A DNA stretch of 64,000 nucleotides from Candidatus Eiseniibacteriota bacterium (GTDB taxonomy: Bacteria > Eisenbacteria > RBG-16-71-46 > CAIMUX01 > VGJL01), in assembly GCA_963792585.1 (NCBI GenBank), contig CAWBWI010000002.1, positions 32,001 to 96,000 on the forward strand. Reading direction: 5' to 3'. Within the stretch, counting starts at the first letter, position 1; each line of letters begins with the position of its first letter. Shown here piece by piece: positions 1-11,342 of the stretch. A model generated the notes under the pieces. That model searched no databases, had not been told where the DNA came from, and was given only the letters and a program-made list of their open reading frames with translations. The position numbers and the translations under genes are program-made.

Positions 1-155
1 TGGAGATCCTGCGAGCCCGTTCCGACCCGGACCAGCCTGCCGATCTCTTCCGGATTCCGCAGCCCAGGGGGGCCCGGCGTGTCGCGGAGGCCGATCTGTT
101 GGAGCTTTTCGAGGAAGGGGCCTCCGATCGCTGAAGCGGGCTGCGGCCTTTTGCC

Positions 156-184
156 TTGCCCATGCCGGAATCCTCTGGTAGCCT
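156..184 (+). promoter_or_regulatory. Putative sigma70 promoter for etfBA
   Basis: TTGCCC-17 nt-TAGCCT. Confidence 0.4.
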
Positions 185-298
185 GCCGGTTTGAGACTTT
201 CCCGCCCCGAGGATGCAGCCAGAGCCACGCGGGGTCCGGGACGGCTTTTCGCGCCGTCTCCGGAAGAGTGGATACGTGTGACCTGCCCGGGAGGCCGA

Positions 299-1087
299 AT
301 GAACATCGTCGTCTGCGTGAAGCAGGTCCCGAGCTCGGAAGCCCGAATCCAGATCGGAGCCGACGGACGGTCGATCGACCGCTCCAACCTGGAGCTGGTC
401 GTCAATCCGTATGACGAGTACGCCGTCGAGGAGGCTCTGCGGGCCCGCGAGAAGTTCGGGGGGACGGTCAGCTGCCTCACGATCGGTCCCGCCAAGGCGG
501 AAGAGATGCTGCGCACCTGTCTCGCCCTCGGCGCCGACCGGGCCCTGATTCTGAAGGAAGAGGCGCTCCAAGGGGGCGATGCGTTCGGCGTCGCGCGGAT
601 CCTGGCGGATGCGATCCGCCCGCTCACCCCGGATCTGATCCTCTTCGGCAAGGTCTCCATCGATGTCGAGAACCATTCGATCGGCGTGGCGGTGGCCGAG
701 TTGCTCGGGCTTCCCCACGTCTCCGTCGTCTCGAAGCTGGAGTGGGTAGACGAGACGCACCTGAAGGCCAGCCGCGAAGTGGAGGGGGCCACGGAACTGC
801 TCGAGGTCGAACTCCCCGCAGTGCTGACGGCCGAGAAGGGGCTCAATGAGCCCAGGTACACCAGCCTGCCCGGAATCATGAAGGCGAAGAAGAAGCCGAT
901 CGAGGAACTCACCGCCGCGGCCATCGGGGTCGACCCCGCCGCGGTCGGCGCGGGGGCGGCGCGCGTGGCCATCACCGGACTCGAGCCGCCGCCGATGCGG
1001 GCGGAGGGGAAGAAGCTCACGGGGGATGCAGGGGACGCCGTTCGGACCGTCCTTCGGGCGCTGCGGGACGAGCGAAAGCTCCTGTAG
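299..1087 (+). CDS. etfB: Electron transfer flavoprotein beta subunit
   Basis: MNIVVCVKQVP, NPYDEYAVEEAL, NEPRYTSLPGIMKAKKKPI motifs; GGAGG before ATG at 299. Confidence 0.96.
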   Translation: MNIVVCVKQVPSSEARIQIGADGRSIDRSNLELVVNPYDEYAVEEALRAREKFGGTVSCLTIGPAKAEEMLRTCLALGADRALILKEEALQGGDAFGVARILADAIRPLTPDLILFGKVSIDVENHSIGVAVAELLGLPHVSVVSKLEWVDETHLKASREVEGATELLEVELPAVLTAEKGLNEPRYTSLPGIMKAKKKPIEELTAAAIGVDPAAVGAGAARVAITGLEPPPMRAEGKKLTGDAGDAVRTVLRALRDERKLL

Positions 1088-1095
1088 GGGGATCG

Positions 1096-2085
1096 ATGGG
1101 ATTCGACGTACTGGTCTTCGCGGAGATGCGGGACGGGCTCTTCAAGAAGAGCGTGCACGAGTCGCTGTCGCTCGCCCGCTCCCTCACCGGGGGGGACGGC
1201 CGGGTCAGCGCTCTGCTGGTCGGGGCCGGAGTCGCTTCCAAGGCGGCCGACCTCTTCGCACGTGGGGCGGACGCGGTCGCCGTGGCCGACGACCCGGCGC
1301 TGGCGCGCTACAATTCCGCCTCCTACGCGCAGGCTCTCGCATCGGCGCAGGCGGCTCTCAAGTCCTCGGCGGTGCTCCTCCCGGCAACGGCGATGGGACG
1401 GGATCTCGCGCCCCGGGTCGCCGCCCGCTGGGGCGTGCCCGTGCTTGCCGAAGCGATCGAGCTCGCTCGATCGGCCGACGGCGGACTGGCGGCCCGCAAG
1501 TCGATGTTCGGCGGGAAGGCCTTCGCCAGCATCACGACCTGCGGCGCGCCCCCCTTCGTGGTGACCGTGCGCCCGGGCGCGTTCGCTGCCGCGGAGCCCG
1601 AGCCGGGACGTTCCGGTGAGACGATCGCCGTCACGGTGGGGCAGGATCCGTTGTCCCAGCGCGCCCGTGTGGTCGAGATGCTCGCCTCGGCCGGCCAGAA
1701 GGTCGATCTCGCGGAGGCGGAGATCGTCGTCTCGGGAGGGCGCGGCCTCAAGGGGCCGGAGAACTTCGCCCTGATCGAGAGCCTGGCGGATGCACTGGGG
1801 GGGGCTGTCGGGGCGAGCCGCGCGGTCGTTGACAAGGGCTGGATCGACCACCAGCACCAGGTCGGCCAGACCGGGGTCACGGTCGCGCCGAAGCTCTACG
1901 TCGCGTGTGGGATCAGCGGAGCGATCCAGCACCTCGCCGGGATGCGGATGAGTGGCTGCATCATTGCGATCAACAACGACCCCGACGCGCCGATCTTCAA
2001 GATCGCCGACTTTGGAATCGTCGGCGACCTGTTCGAAGTGATCCCGATCATGATCGAGGAAGTTCGAAAGATGAGGTCCTCGTAG
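1096..2085 (+). CDS. etfA: Electron transfer flavoprotein alpha subunit
   Basis: VVSGGRG, VGASRAVVD, QVGQTG, GISGAIQHLAGM FAD-binding motifs. Confidence 0.97.
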   Translation: MGFDVLVFAEMRDGLFKKSVHESLSLARSLTGGDGRVSALLVGAGVASKAADLFARGADAVAVADDPALARYNSASYAQALASAQAALKSSAVLLPATAMGRDLAPRVAARWGVPVLAEAIELARSADGGLAARKSMFGGKAFASITTCGAPPFVVTVRPGAFAAAEPEPGRSGETIAVTVGQDPLSQRARVVEMLASAGQKVDLAEAEIVVSGGRGLKGPENFALIESLADALGGAVGASRAVVDKGWIDHQHQVGQTGVTVAPKLYVACGISGAIQHLAGMRMSGCIIAINNDPDAPIFKIADFGIVGDLFEVIPIMIEEVRKMRSS

Positions 2086-2088
2086 TCG

Positions 2089-2595
2089 ATGTTGCCGGAG
2101 CTCGCTCCCAAACCGGTATCCGCCTCACGCGCCGAGATGGTCGAGATGATCATGCCGAGCGAAGCGAATCCGCTTGGATCGGCCAGCGGCGGCGTGATCC
2201 TGCATCTGATCGACATCGCGGCCGCGATCGCGGCGTCCCGGCACTGCCGCCGCCAGGTCGTGACGGCGTCGTTCGACGAGGTCGATTTCCTCCACCCGGT
2301 ACGGGTCGGGGACCTGCTGATCCTGAAAGCTTCGGTGAATTTCGCAGGGCGGACATCGATGGAGGTCGGCGTCAAGGTCCTCTCGGAGAATCCGAAGACC
2401 GGGGAGACGCGCCATACAGCGTCGGCCTACACGACCTTCGTGGCCCTGGACGACTGGGGGCACGCGAGCCCGGTCCCGCCCCTTCTTCTCGAGACGGACG
2501 AGGACCGGCGACGCAACGATCAAGCGCGGGTGAGACGCGAGCGGCGGCTCGCACAGCAGAAGGGCCGGACGCGGGACGCCGCGGGCGGACGGTAG
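2089..2595 (+). CDS. Acyl-CoA thioesterase (YciA-like hotdog fold)
   Basis: ANPLG..SGG.IL..ID, VVTASFDEVDF, GRTSMEVGVKV. Confidence 0.9.
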   Translation: MLPELAPKPVSASRAEMVEMIMPSEANPLGSASGGVILHLIDIAAAIAASRHCRRQVVTASFDEVDFLHPVRVGDLLILKASVNFAGRTSMEVGVKVLSENPKTGETRHTASAYTTFVALDDWGHASPVPPLLLETDEDRRRNDQARVRRERRLAQQKGRTRDAAGGR

Positions 2596-2685
2596 AGACG
2601 GGGCCATCGGTTTCCCGGCACTCGGGAACCGCGGACGGCAGTATATGCGGTCCCTCAACGGAGGAGGCCGCGCGCGGAGGGAACC

Positions 2686-3516
2686 TTGAAGTACCGACTG
2701 CATCGGCAAAGGACGCTGAACGCGGAGTCCTTGGCCTCGTTGAAAGAGATCTTCCCCGGTCTGCGCGAGGCGGGCCACGGGCTCGATCTCATGCTCTCGG
2801 ATACGGATTTTAACCGTGAGGTCCCCTTCCGTCAGCTCGAGGATTTGCGGCGAGACCTAACGGAGGAGGGCGGGGTCCCGATCACCTGTCACTTGCCCTA
2901 TGTCGATCTGCACTTCGGCAGCCGGGACGCGAAGGTCCACGAATACGCCCGCGACTGCTTCTCCGAGGGGCTCGAGATCGCGAGCGTTCTGCGCGCGAAG
3001 ATCGCGGTGCTTCACGTCGGCTTCTCGAACCACATTCCCCCGAGGCGGGTCGAGACGTGGCGTGAGCGATTCGTCGAGAGCATCCAGGAAGTGGTTCGTT
3101 CGGCCGAGGAGGAAGAGATCGTTCTGGCGATCGAAAACACCTATGAGCCCGACGGACAGATGCTCCGCGACATCCTCGACACGGTGAACTCGCCGTTCTT
3201 GAAATTCTGCGCCGACCTGGGCCACGCGGCATGTTTCTCGCGCATGGCGCCGGAGGAGTGGATCGAGTCGTTCAAGGACAAGATCGTCCTGATGCATTTC
3301 CACGACAACGACGGTCAAGAGGACTTGCACCAGCCGTGCGGCGAAGGGGTCGTCGGCTACGATGTGGTCTTCGATGCGGTGAAGTCCGCAGACATCACCT
3401 GCCCCATCGTGCTGGAAGTGCCGGATGAAGGCTGGGACGCGTCGGTCGAGCACCTGAAGCAGCTCGGTTTCCCGTTCGGGGATGTTCCGGATCCGACCAA
3501 TGGAGACAAGGGTTAG
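2686..3516 (+). CDS. Sugar phosphate isomerase/epimerase (xylose-isomerase-like TIM barrel)
   Basis: LAIEN, DLGHA, HFHDNDG..DLH, VLE metal-binding motifs; start uncertain. Confidence 0.8.
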   Translation: MKYRLHRQRTLNAESLASLKEIFPGLREAGHGLDLMLSDTDFNREVPFRQLEDLRRDLTEEGGVPITCHLPYVDLHFGSRDAKVHEYARDCFSEGLEIASVLRAKIAVLHVGFSNHIPPRRVETWRERFVESIQEVVRSAEEEEIVLAIENTYEPDGQMLRDILDTVNSPFLKFCADLGHAACFSRMAPEEWIESFKDKIVLMHFHDNDGQEDLHQPCGEGVVGYDVVFDAVKSADITCPIVLEVPDEGWDASVEHLKQLGFPFGDVPDPTNGDKG

Positions 3517-4421
3517 CGCAGGACCACCGCCGCGAAGCTGACGAGCGTGCCGAGCCTTCGGTCGATCGCCTGGCCGTAGTCGACAACGACGCCTGTGGAG
3601 CCGGGCAGGATGCCCAGCAGGGTCATGAGTGCCGGATAGCCGCAAATGCTCCGCGCGTTCTCATCCCGATCCATCGCGTCCCGGAACCCCTCCGTTTCCC
3701 CCGCCGAGACGTACTCCAGAAGCTCACGATCCCGCTCTTCCGTCGCCCGGCGCATCGCGTCGAAGTCGGTGGGCGCGCCCGCGCACCCAGGACCGATGTG
3801 GGTGAGATCGACTCCCGCGACCACGAGCGTCCGGCCATCCACCATGCCGCCGAGCCTTCGGGCGAAGGCCGCGATCCCTGCGGCCCGCTCGGGGGCCTCA
3901 CGGCCCGCGTCTGAGGATGTCCAGGGGAAGCAGCAGAGGATCGGGACGATGCGCCGATCGTCCCAGCCGGCGAGGGTGCGCCGAAGGAAGAGCGCCTGGT
4001 GGGCGATCGAGAGCTCGTCTCGGTGGAGGAGGCCTCCGGCGAGCGGGTCGAACGGTAGATCCTTGCCGAGGGCTCGGACGAAATCGCCGTCGACCGCGCA
4101 GGGACCGAACGGTGTCTCGATAGTCCGGTCGGTCACGACGAACGGCGGCCCCCCGCCGGCATGGCCGACCCCGAGAACCACTATCCGCCGCGCGGGGTGC
4201 TCTCGAAGAAGACGATAGGCGCTCCCGTAGACACGCGCCCCGCGGATCGGGTCGATGTGTGGCGCGACGACGGCCCGCGGAGGAGCGTTTCCGCCGATCG
4301 GCACGCCCTCATCGACCCATCGATCGATCCAGGGGCCGAGAACCGCCGGATCGGGGGGGACATTCCCCCCAGGGGTCCCGGATGGGGCGTGGGGCTCCGG
4401 TTCGGAACGTCTCGGGGACAT
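3513..4421 (-). CDS. MEMO1-family protein (AmmeMemoRadiSam protein B-like)
   Basis: VVAPHID, VLGVGH, ETPFG, DLTHIG, SICG, VSFAA; GGAGGT before ATG at 4421. Confidence 0.8.
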   Translation of the reverse strand: MSPRRSEPEPHAPSGTPGGNVPPDPAVLGPWIDRWVDEGVPIGGNAPPRAVVAPHIDPIRGARVYGSAYRLLREHPARRIVVLGVGHAGGGPPFVVTDRTIETPFGPCAVDGDFVRALGKDLPFDPLAGGLLHRDELSIAHQALFLRRTLAGWDDRRIVPILCCFPWTSSDAGREAPERAAGIAAFARRLGGMVDGRTLVVAGVDLTHIGPGCAGAPTDFDAMRRATEERDRELLEYVSAGETEGFRDAMDRDENARSICGYPALMTLLGILPGSTGVVVDYGQAIDRRLGTLVSFAAVVLR

Positions 4422-4549
4422 GTGACCTCCTCCAGGGTGGGGATCGCGACGGACGGAGCGCTCAGCTATGCTCGGCTGGCACGCGGTCGACCACCCCGGC
4501 GCGAGGGTAACGATCGCGGGGGTCCGGGTCCACCCGACCGGAGGATGCG

Positions 4550-5910
4550 ATGGGATCCACAACGACTCCCGCCGCCAAGCAGTCGCGACGCATCTACATC
4601 GCCGCGATGGGTGGGCTGCTGGCTTGTCTGCTCGCGCTCGTCGTCGTCAACTCGGTCTCGACCTACCGCAAGGTCCGCATGCAGGTCGACCGGGAAATCG
4701 AGCAGCGGCTTCTGGCGATCGGTGGAGCGATCGCCCAGAACCTCGGGGGCGCGCATCCCGAGAGCCCGACCGCGGCGGATTCGCTCCGCTGGCTCGCGGG
4801 GGTGCGCGAAGACCTTCGTCGCATCGCGGCGGCCAGCGATCTCGGCGGCATCGAGGTGATCGACGTCCGCCGCCGCCATCTCGTGGGCACGGATGAGTCG
4901 ATCCATTTCGGAGAGCGCAATCCATTGCTGAGCGCGCAGCCGGAGGTGGCCGCCGCCCTCGCCGGGATTCCGGTCGCGACCGCGCTCTATGAAGCTCCCG
5001 AACTCCGAGGCATCTTCTTCAAGACAGGCTTCGTGCCGATCGAGGATTCGACCGGCGCGGTGTTCGGGGTGGTCGCCGTCGAAGGGGGATCCGGGTTCTT
5101 CGAGATCCTCCCGGCGCTCCGGCGGACCTGGTGGGCGACGGGACTCGCCTCGGCCCTGATCGCTGCGATCCTCGCCGTTCTCCTCTTCAGCGTATTCCGC
5201 GCCCTGGAGCGATCGGAGCGGAGTCTGCGCGCGACCGCCGCCCTGGCGAGCGCGGGGCAACTCGCCGCCGTCGTCGCCCACGAGATTCGCAATCCCCTCG
5301 CCGCCCTGCTCTCGCGAGCGGAGCGGGCGCAAGAGGAGCTCGAGGCCGGCGTCGATCCCAGACGCGTCGCGGAACTCCTCGGCGCGATCCCGGTCGAGGT
5401 ACGACGTCTCGACCGGATCCTGACGAACTATCTGAGCCTCGCGCGCGCGAGGGACGACGCGGGCAGTTGCGCGGTCGGAGCGATCGTCGAGGAGACGCTC
5501 GAACTCGTTTCGAGGGATCTCTCGCGGGCGGGGATCACGGTCGCGCTGAGGGGCGAAGCACGGGATCTGCGCGCGCGGATCGGGTCGGGACCCCTGCGTC
5601 AGGCGCTGCTGAACCTCTTCCTGAACGCGCGTGAGGCGATGCCCCAAGGGGGGAGTTGCGCGTGCGCATCGACGCCACGCCCGCGGCCGTCACGATCGAC
5701 GTCGAGGACACCGGCACCGGGATCGATCCGAGCGTGCGCAGGAGGATCTTCGAGCCCTTCTTCACGACGCGGCCGACCGGCTCGGGGTTGGGGCTCGCGG
5801 TGGTAGAGTCGATCGTACGCAGTTGCGCCGGACGCGTCGAAGTTCGGACGTCGACGGAGAAGGGAACCACATTCCTTCTGACCCTGCCGCGAGATGGAAA
5901 GGAGAGACGA
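4550..5910 (+). CDS. Membrane sensor histidine kinase, frameshifted in the G-run at ~5648-5653; 3' end uncertain
   Basis: Two TM segments, H-box AHEIRNPL, N-box LNLFLNAREAM; DTGTGI, FEPFFTT, GSGLGL continue in another frame. Confidence 0.88.
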
Positions 5911-7304
5911 ATGGCGGAACGATCGACGCCGTTCCGGATCCTGCTGGCCGAAGATGAGGAGACCTTCCGCGACGACATGGAGGCCGCGCTGCTCCGGCAC
6001 GGCTACGAGGTCGTTGCGGTCGGTTCGGGCAAGGAAGCTCAGGAACGGCTCGAATCCGAACAGTTCCACCTGGTGGTGAGCGACGTGCGGATGCCGCCTC
6101 CCGACGGACTCGAGTTGCTGCGCTGGGTCAAGAACGAGCGGCCCGAGGTCGAAGTCCTGATCCTCACGGGTCAGCGCGAGCTGCTCGAGAACCCGCGCAG
6201 CGCGCGGGACGCGATCCGCGACGGGGCCTTCGACTATCTGTCCAAGCCGGTCAGTTCATTCGATCTGATCACGAAGGTCGAGCGGGTCCGCGAGCGTTGG
6301 GACCTGCTCGCCGAGCGCGAACGCCTCCGTCGCTGGGCGTCGCGTCTTGCAGGGGAAGACCTCGAGGAAGGGCGGTTCGAGAATCTCGTCGCGCGGAGTC
6401 GCGCCGTGCTCGATCTCTTCAGTCTCGCCCGCAAGGTGGCCGTTTCGGACGCGGTCGTCCTGATCCGCGGTGAAAGCGGCACCGGCAAGACGATGCTCGC
6501 CGCCGCGATCCACAATCACAGCCTCAGGGCGGGCGCTCCTTTCGTGAAGATCAACAGCGGCGCGATCCCCGAAAACCTGCTCGAGAGTGAGTTCTTCGGG
6601 CACGAGCAAGGGGCGTTCACGGGCGCGGTGCGACGCAAGGAAGGGCTCTTCGAGGTCGCCGAGGGAGGTAGGTCTTCCTCGACGAGATCGGAGATCTTCC
6701 GCTGGCGATGCAGGTGAAGCTGCTGTCCGCGATCGAGGAGAAGCACTTCATGCGGGTCGGCGGCACGCAGTCGATCCATTGCGACGTCCGGATCATCGCT
6801 GCGACCCATCGAAACCTCGAAGATGCGGTGCGGGAGGGGAACTTCCGCGAGGACTTGTTCTATCGGGTCAACGTGTTCCCCCTGACGATTCCGCCTCTGC
6901 GGGACCGGCCCGAGGACATTCCCCTCCTGGTGGAACACTTCTTGATAAAGAAGGGGATGGACTCTGCACAGATTCGACCCGAGGCGATGCGGCTTCTCTC
7001 CGAGTATGCCTACCCGGGGAACATCCGGGAGCTCGAAAACCTGATCGAGCGGGCCGCGATTCTGGCGGGAGGAGCCCACCTCGGCCCGGAGCACTTCCCG
7101 TCGCTCCGGGGGCCGGAGTCGGCGCAACCACAAGGGCTGCCCGAGATTCCGGACGAGGGCGTGTCGATGGACGACCTGGAGCGGCGGTACATTCTGGCCG
7201 CTCTGGCGAAAGCGGGGGGAAACAAGAGCCGGGCCGCAGTCCTGCTCGGAATGACTCGAAGGACGTTGTATTCGCGGATGGAACGCCATGGAATCCGACC
7301 CTGA
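5911..7304 (+). CDS. Sigma54-dependent (NtrC/AtoC-like) response regulator, frameshifted at ~6670
   Basis: Receiver ILLAEDE/SDVRMP, Walker A GESGTGKT, GAFTGA, FLDEIG across the shift, FREDLFYRVNV, PGNIRELEN, Fis-type HTH. Confidence 0.93.
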
Positions 7305-7369
7305 TCTGTCCCTCGAGGTTCACCGGGTGTCCCGGGGCGGCCATTCCGCGGAAGGCGGGTGATGTGTCC

Positions 7370-8424
7370 ATGCGTTCCCTGAAACGGACCATCCTGTTGT
7401 TGGTGTTCGGTTCGGCGCTCCTCGCAGCGTCCGCTACGGCGCAGCCTGGTGTCAGTTCCGATCCGGCGCGCGAACTGGAGAGGACCGAGCGGATCCTCGA
7501 GCGCGCCCGCGAGCAGGTCCTGGGTGTCTCGTGTCGGTGACGAGCCGCGCGGGGCAGTTCCTGAACAAGGCGCTCGAGCTGCAGGACAGCGCCCGGCGCA
7601 AGTACGTACCGAGGGACCACGCCACCTGGAGACCGACCTATCTGCTCACGATGCAATCGCGCGACCTTGCGCGACGCGCGCTCGAGACGGCCGAGATCGA
7701 GGTCAAGGCCCACGAATCGATCCGGGATCTGATCGAGTCGACTCGCGATCTCTCGCAGGACGCTGCGACACTCGTGCGCGAGAGCGGCGATCCCGAGGCG
7801 AAGCGGCTGCTCGATGGAGGATTGTGGCAACTCCAGCGCGCGGAGGATGCGTATCGGGCGGGGGAGTATCGCAAGGCGATCCGACTCGCGGCGACGGCGC
7901 GCGATCTGGTCCAGCGGGCGACGCAGCGCGCCCGGGGCGACGCGCCGGGCAGCATGGTCTCGGTGGAAGCGGCGATCGATCGAACCCAGGCCCTGATCGA
8001 GGAGGTTCGGATCCACCTCGAAGGCTTGTCCGATTCCCGTGCGCGAGGACTGCTCGATGAAGCCGTGAAGCTGCAAGCGAACGCCGTGGAGATGCAGAAG
8101 CAGGGGCGGCCGGCCCTCGCACTGCGGCTGACCACCCAAGCCCGTCAGGCGGCGCTCGAGGCCATGCTGCTCGTTTCCGCAAAGCCGGAGAAGGATGATG
8201 TCGAGCGCGCCCTGGCTGTCGTGGATCAGTTGATTCAGGATGCCGGCCCGGTGATTGCCGCCTCCGGCTCGACCGAGGCGGCCACGCTGCTCGACTCTGC
8301 GCGCCAGCGCGAGGCCGAGGCCCGCGGGCTGCTCGCGCGGGGCAAGACAACGCAGGCGCTCGCGACCGCGCGGATTGCCGAGGGGCTTCTTCATCGCGCC
8401 GCCGAAATGGCGGCGGGGCGCTAG
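7370..8424 (+). CDS. Exported all-helical repeat protein, frameshifted at ~7530
   Basis: Signal peptide MRSLKRTILLLVFGSALLAASATA, followed by the Ala/Arg/Leu-rich helical ORF 7531-8424. Confidence 0.6.
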
Positions 8425-8441
8425 ATTCGGGGCCGGCCTGA

Positions 8442-9856
8442 ATGAAAAGGTACGAGGGGCGGTGCGGGTCCGACCGCAGGAGTTCGCGCGTGCTCCTGGG
8501 CTCGACTCTCGCCGTCCTCGTTTCTTTTCGCCATGCTTTGGATGGACTATCGGCGGTCGCGTTGGGTTCGAGGTGGACGGCCTCGGGGAACGATTCCAAT
8601 CGTCCGGGCTCTTCGACGAGCGGGTGGGTGAAGACGGCACGATCGAGGAGATCCTCGAGATGCGGCCGGTCGTCTCGAAAACGGCCACGACGCTCGGACT
8701 CCTCGAGACGCGCCTGGACTCGGGAACACTCGGGCGCGCCTCCGTCAGCTTCAGCAACCTCGCGCACGTAGGCGTCCAACGCGCCCGAAACACCCTTCGT
8801 TCCGAATTCAGCTTTCGGGGAGCGCTCAACCGGGTCCGACTGGACGCGGAATGGGACGCGCATATGGGAAAGAAAGAGCCGGTGGCGGGATCGAGCGCCT
8901 TCCTGACGAGCACTTGGGACCGCAGCCGCCTTCCACTCGGGCTTCGATCGCAGCTGCGCCTCGCCGCAGATTGGTCCCACACAGATCGGAAGGAGCTAGC
9001 GCCAATCCTCGAGTCGAGGGCGCTGCGCGGACATCTTCAACTTCGCCATGATCTCGGCTCCAGCGGTGAGATCCGAGGCCTCGCCGGATTCCGCCACAAG
9101 GATGCGCTCGGTTCCACCGTGGGCACCTACGATGCGTGGTTCGGCGAGCTCGAGACGGATGCGGGCGGCGGCACCCGACAGCGGATCGACATCCTCTCCC
9201 GCGTGGAGGATCGCACCTACGTCGCCGACACCCTCGGAATTCCGTCGTCCCGGCTCTACGAGCTGTCGACCCGCTACGAGCGCCGGCTGGCCCCCGCGGC
9301 GCGTCCATACGTGGAGCAGGAGTTCGAATGGCAGGACTACCGCGGTCCCTCGGAGATCTTCCGCGACCACCGCCAGTGGAAGCTCGAGACCGGCACCGAC
9401 CTCTTCCGGAACGGCCTGCGCGACTCCGGCGATGGGGAGGATGATGGACTTCGCCCCGATTTCCGGGTGCGGCTGGGTGGCCAGTTCGAACTCTTCCGTT
9501 CCGATCAGGCCGAATCGGACAGCCTCTCCTTCGACTCCACCTATGACAGCTATGGGGCGATCTTGGGTCTGGCGCGCGAGGGGAGTGAGAGTTTCTGGTT
9601 CGATGTCGGGCTCCGTGCAGGGCGCCGGGAGTATCGCAACGGACCCGGCTCCGCCGGACTTGTCTTCGAGGGACTCAACCTCAGTCTGGCATCGAGCGAC
9701 TACACGTATCTTCGTGCGTCCCTCCTGCTGGAGTGGATCCCGGAATCCTGGATCCGCACCGAGGCGCTCCTCCAGTGGGACGAGGAACTCCACGACAAGA
9801 GCGAGGACGACTTCCGGCTCTGGATCGTCAATGTTTCTGTGACCCATCCATTCTGA
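8442..9856 (+). CDS. Putative outer-membrane beta-barrel protein, probable frameshift at ~8525
   Basis: Alternating amphipathic strands; C-terminal IVNVSVTHPF beta-signal; signal-like N-terminus in the adjacent frame from ATG 8442. Confidence 0.6.
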
Positions 9857-9937
9857 ACTCCGACCGCTCCCAATGGGAGGGATCGGTGCGCGCCGGGTCT
9901 GGCGCCGGCGCAACGGGAGGCCTAAGCTCTGGCGCGC

Positions 9938-10870
9938 ATGGCGGGATTCCGGCGATTCATCCTCCAAGATCTCGGGACCAAGGTGTTGGCCTTGATCCTC
10001 GCGCTCGCTGTCTATGTGCACGTCTTCTCCGGCCAGGAGCGGGAGATGAGCTATCATGTGCCGCTCCAGTTGAGTCAGCCGCCCGCGGGGCTCAGCTTCA
10101 CGGGGGACATTCCGCGTGAGATCAAGATCCGGATTCATGCGCCCGGGAAGGAGTTGCTGAGACTCCGAACGCGGCGCTTCCACGCTGAGATCAAGCTCGA
10201 CGCGGCCCACGTGGGCACGCTCCAGCGCCCCATTCTCGGCTCGGACGTCAAGTTGCCGTGGGCGATCCGCGGCGCGACCGTCGAAGTGCTCGAGCCCCAG
10301 TCCTTGGAGCTCACGATCGAGCGGACCGCGACCGCGAAGCTTCCCATTGCCGTTCGAATGAGCGGGGAGTTACCGACCGACCGGGCCCTGGCTTCCATGC
10401 CCCGTTCCGAGCCGGCGACGGTTCGCGTGTCGGGTCCGTCATCGCTTCTTGCCGTCGCCGAGTCGGTTCTCACCGAAGCCGTAGACCTGACCGACGTTCG
10501 GGAGAAGCGCGAGTTCGAAGCGCGCCTCGCCGTTCCCCGGGGACTGACCCTCGAGACCGATCGAGTCCACGTGACTCTCGATGCGGTGGAGAAGCGGGTT
10601 CGGAGCACCGGGCCGGTGAAGATCGAACTCATCCAGGCGCAAGGCGCCGCGAGTCTGCGGTCCGACCCCGAGTTTGCTGCGGTTCTACTCAGCGGCCCGG
10701 TCGTTGGCCTCGATGGGGTCGACCTGCGGGCCGTCCGCATCCTGGCCGAACCTCGACGGGCCAATCCCAAGACCCAGCGGGTCCCGCTCCGAGCTCTCGT
10801 GCCGGGCCTCCGGCCGCATTCTACGGTCCGCATCCTGTGCGATCCGGAGAGCGTGATCGTCCATCCCTGA
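9938..10870 (+). CDS. CdaR/YbbR-domain protein
   Basis: N-terminal TM KVLALILALAVYVHV; repeated beta domains, EPATVRVSGP..LL, TEAVDL. Confidence 0.8.
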   Translation: MAGFRRFILQDLGTKVLALILALAVYVHVFSGQEREMSYHVPLQLSQPPAGLSFTGDIPREIKIRIHAPGKELLRLRTRRFHAEIKLDAAHVGTLQRPILGSDVKLPWAIRGATVEVLEPQSLELTIERTATAKLPIAVRMSGELPTDRALASMPRSEPATVRVSGPSSLLAVAESVLTEAVDLTDVREKREFEARLAVPRGLTLETDRVHVTLDAVEKRVRSTGPVKIELIQAQGAASLRSDPEFAAVLLSGPVVGLDGVDLRAVRILAEPRRANPKTQRVPLRALVPGLRPHSTVRILCDPESVIVHP

Positions 10871-10931
10871 CCTCCGCCGGGCAACCTGCTTTGCAGGATG
10901 GAGTTAGTCGAATGAAACCGCACTTTTCGCC

Positions 10932-10960
10932 TTGACACGGATTTTGGGGGTTGTTAGCTT
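10932..10960 (+). promoter_or_regulatory. Sigma70 promoter for the hup operon
   Basis: TTGACA-17 nt-TAGCTT. Confidence 0.65.
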
Positions 10961-11050
10961 GGCTCCGCCTGCAAGTGTACGAGTTTACCGCGCTTCCGGC
11001 CGCGCCCCGTCTCGGGACGGTGCGGAGCGCGGAGTTCAAGGAGGATCAGG

Positions 11051-11329
11051 ATGACCAAGGCGGACCTGGTGGATGAGATTGCCGATCGGACCGGGCTGAC
11101 CAAGAAGGATGTGGCCGAAACGGTCGACGAGTTTCTCGAGGCGGTCTCCCGAGCCCTCGTCCAGGGAAAGCACATTGAGATCCGTGGCTTCGGCACGTTT
11201 AAAGTCAAGGATCGCAGACCTCGAATTGCCCGCAACCCGAGGACCGGCGCCCAGGTCCAGGTTCCTCCCCGCCGCGTTCCGGTGTTCAAGGTCTCCAAGG
11301 AGCTCAAGGACAAGGTCGCTACGGTCTAG
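11051..11329 (+). CDS. hup: HU/IHF-family DNA-binding protein
   Basis: MTKADLV, IEIRGFGTF, ARNPRTG, VPVFK. Confidence 0.95.
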   Translation: MTKADLVDEIADRTGLTKKDVAETVDEFLEAVSRALVQGKHIEIRGFGTFKVKDRRPRIARNPRTGAQVQVPPRRVPVFKVSKELKDKVATV

Positions 11330-11342
11330 CCCCGGTCCCTCC

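Noticed and set aside
4477..4492. TGGCAC as a sigma54 -24 box upstream of the kinase
   Set aside because: The -12 position reads CGAC rather than TTGC.
5640..8530. Programmed frameshifting or phase variation at the 5650, 6670, 7530 and 8525 shifts
   Set aside because: Runs are short or absent and similar indels occur throughout the window, so sequencing error is the simpler explanation.
6868..8982. Long antisense ORFs (704 aa here; similar ones at 42190-43791, 45479-47350, 40733-42145)
   Set aside because: Shadow frames of well-supported plus-strand genes in high-GC DNA; Arg/Pro-rich with no motifs.
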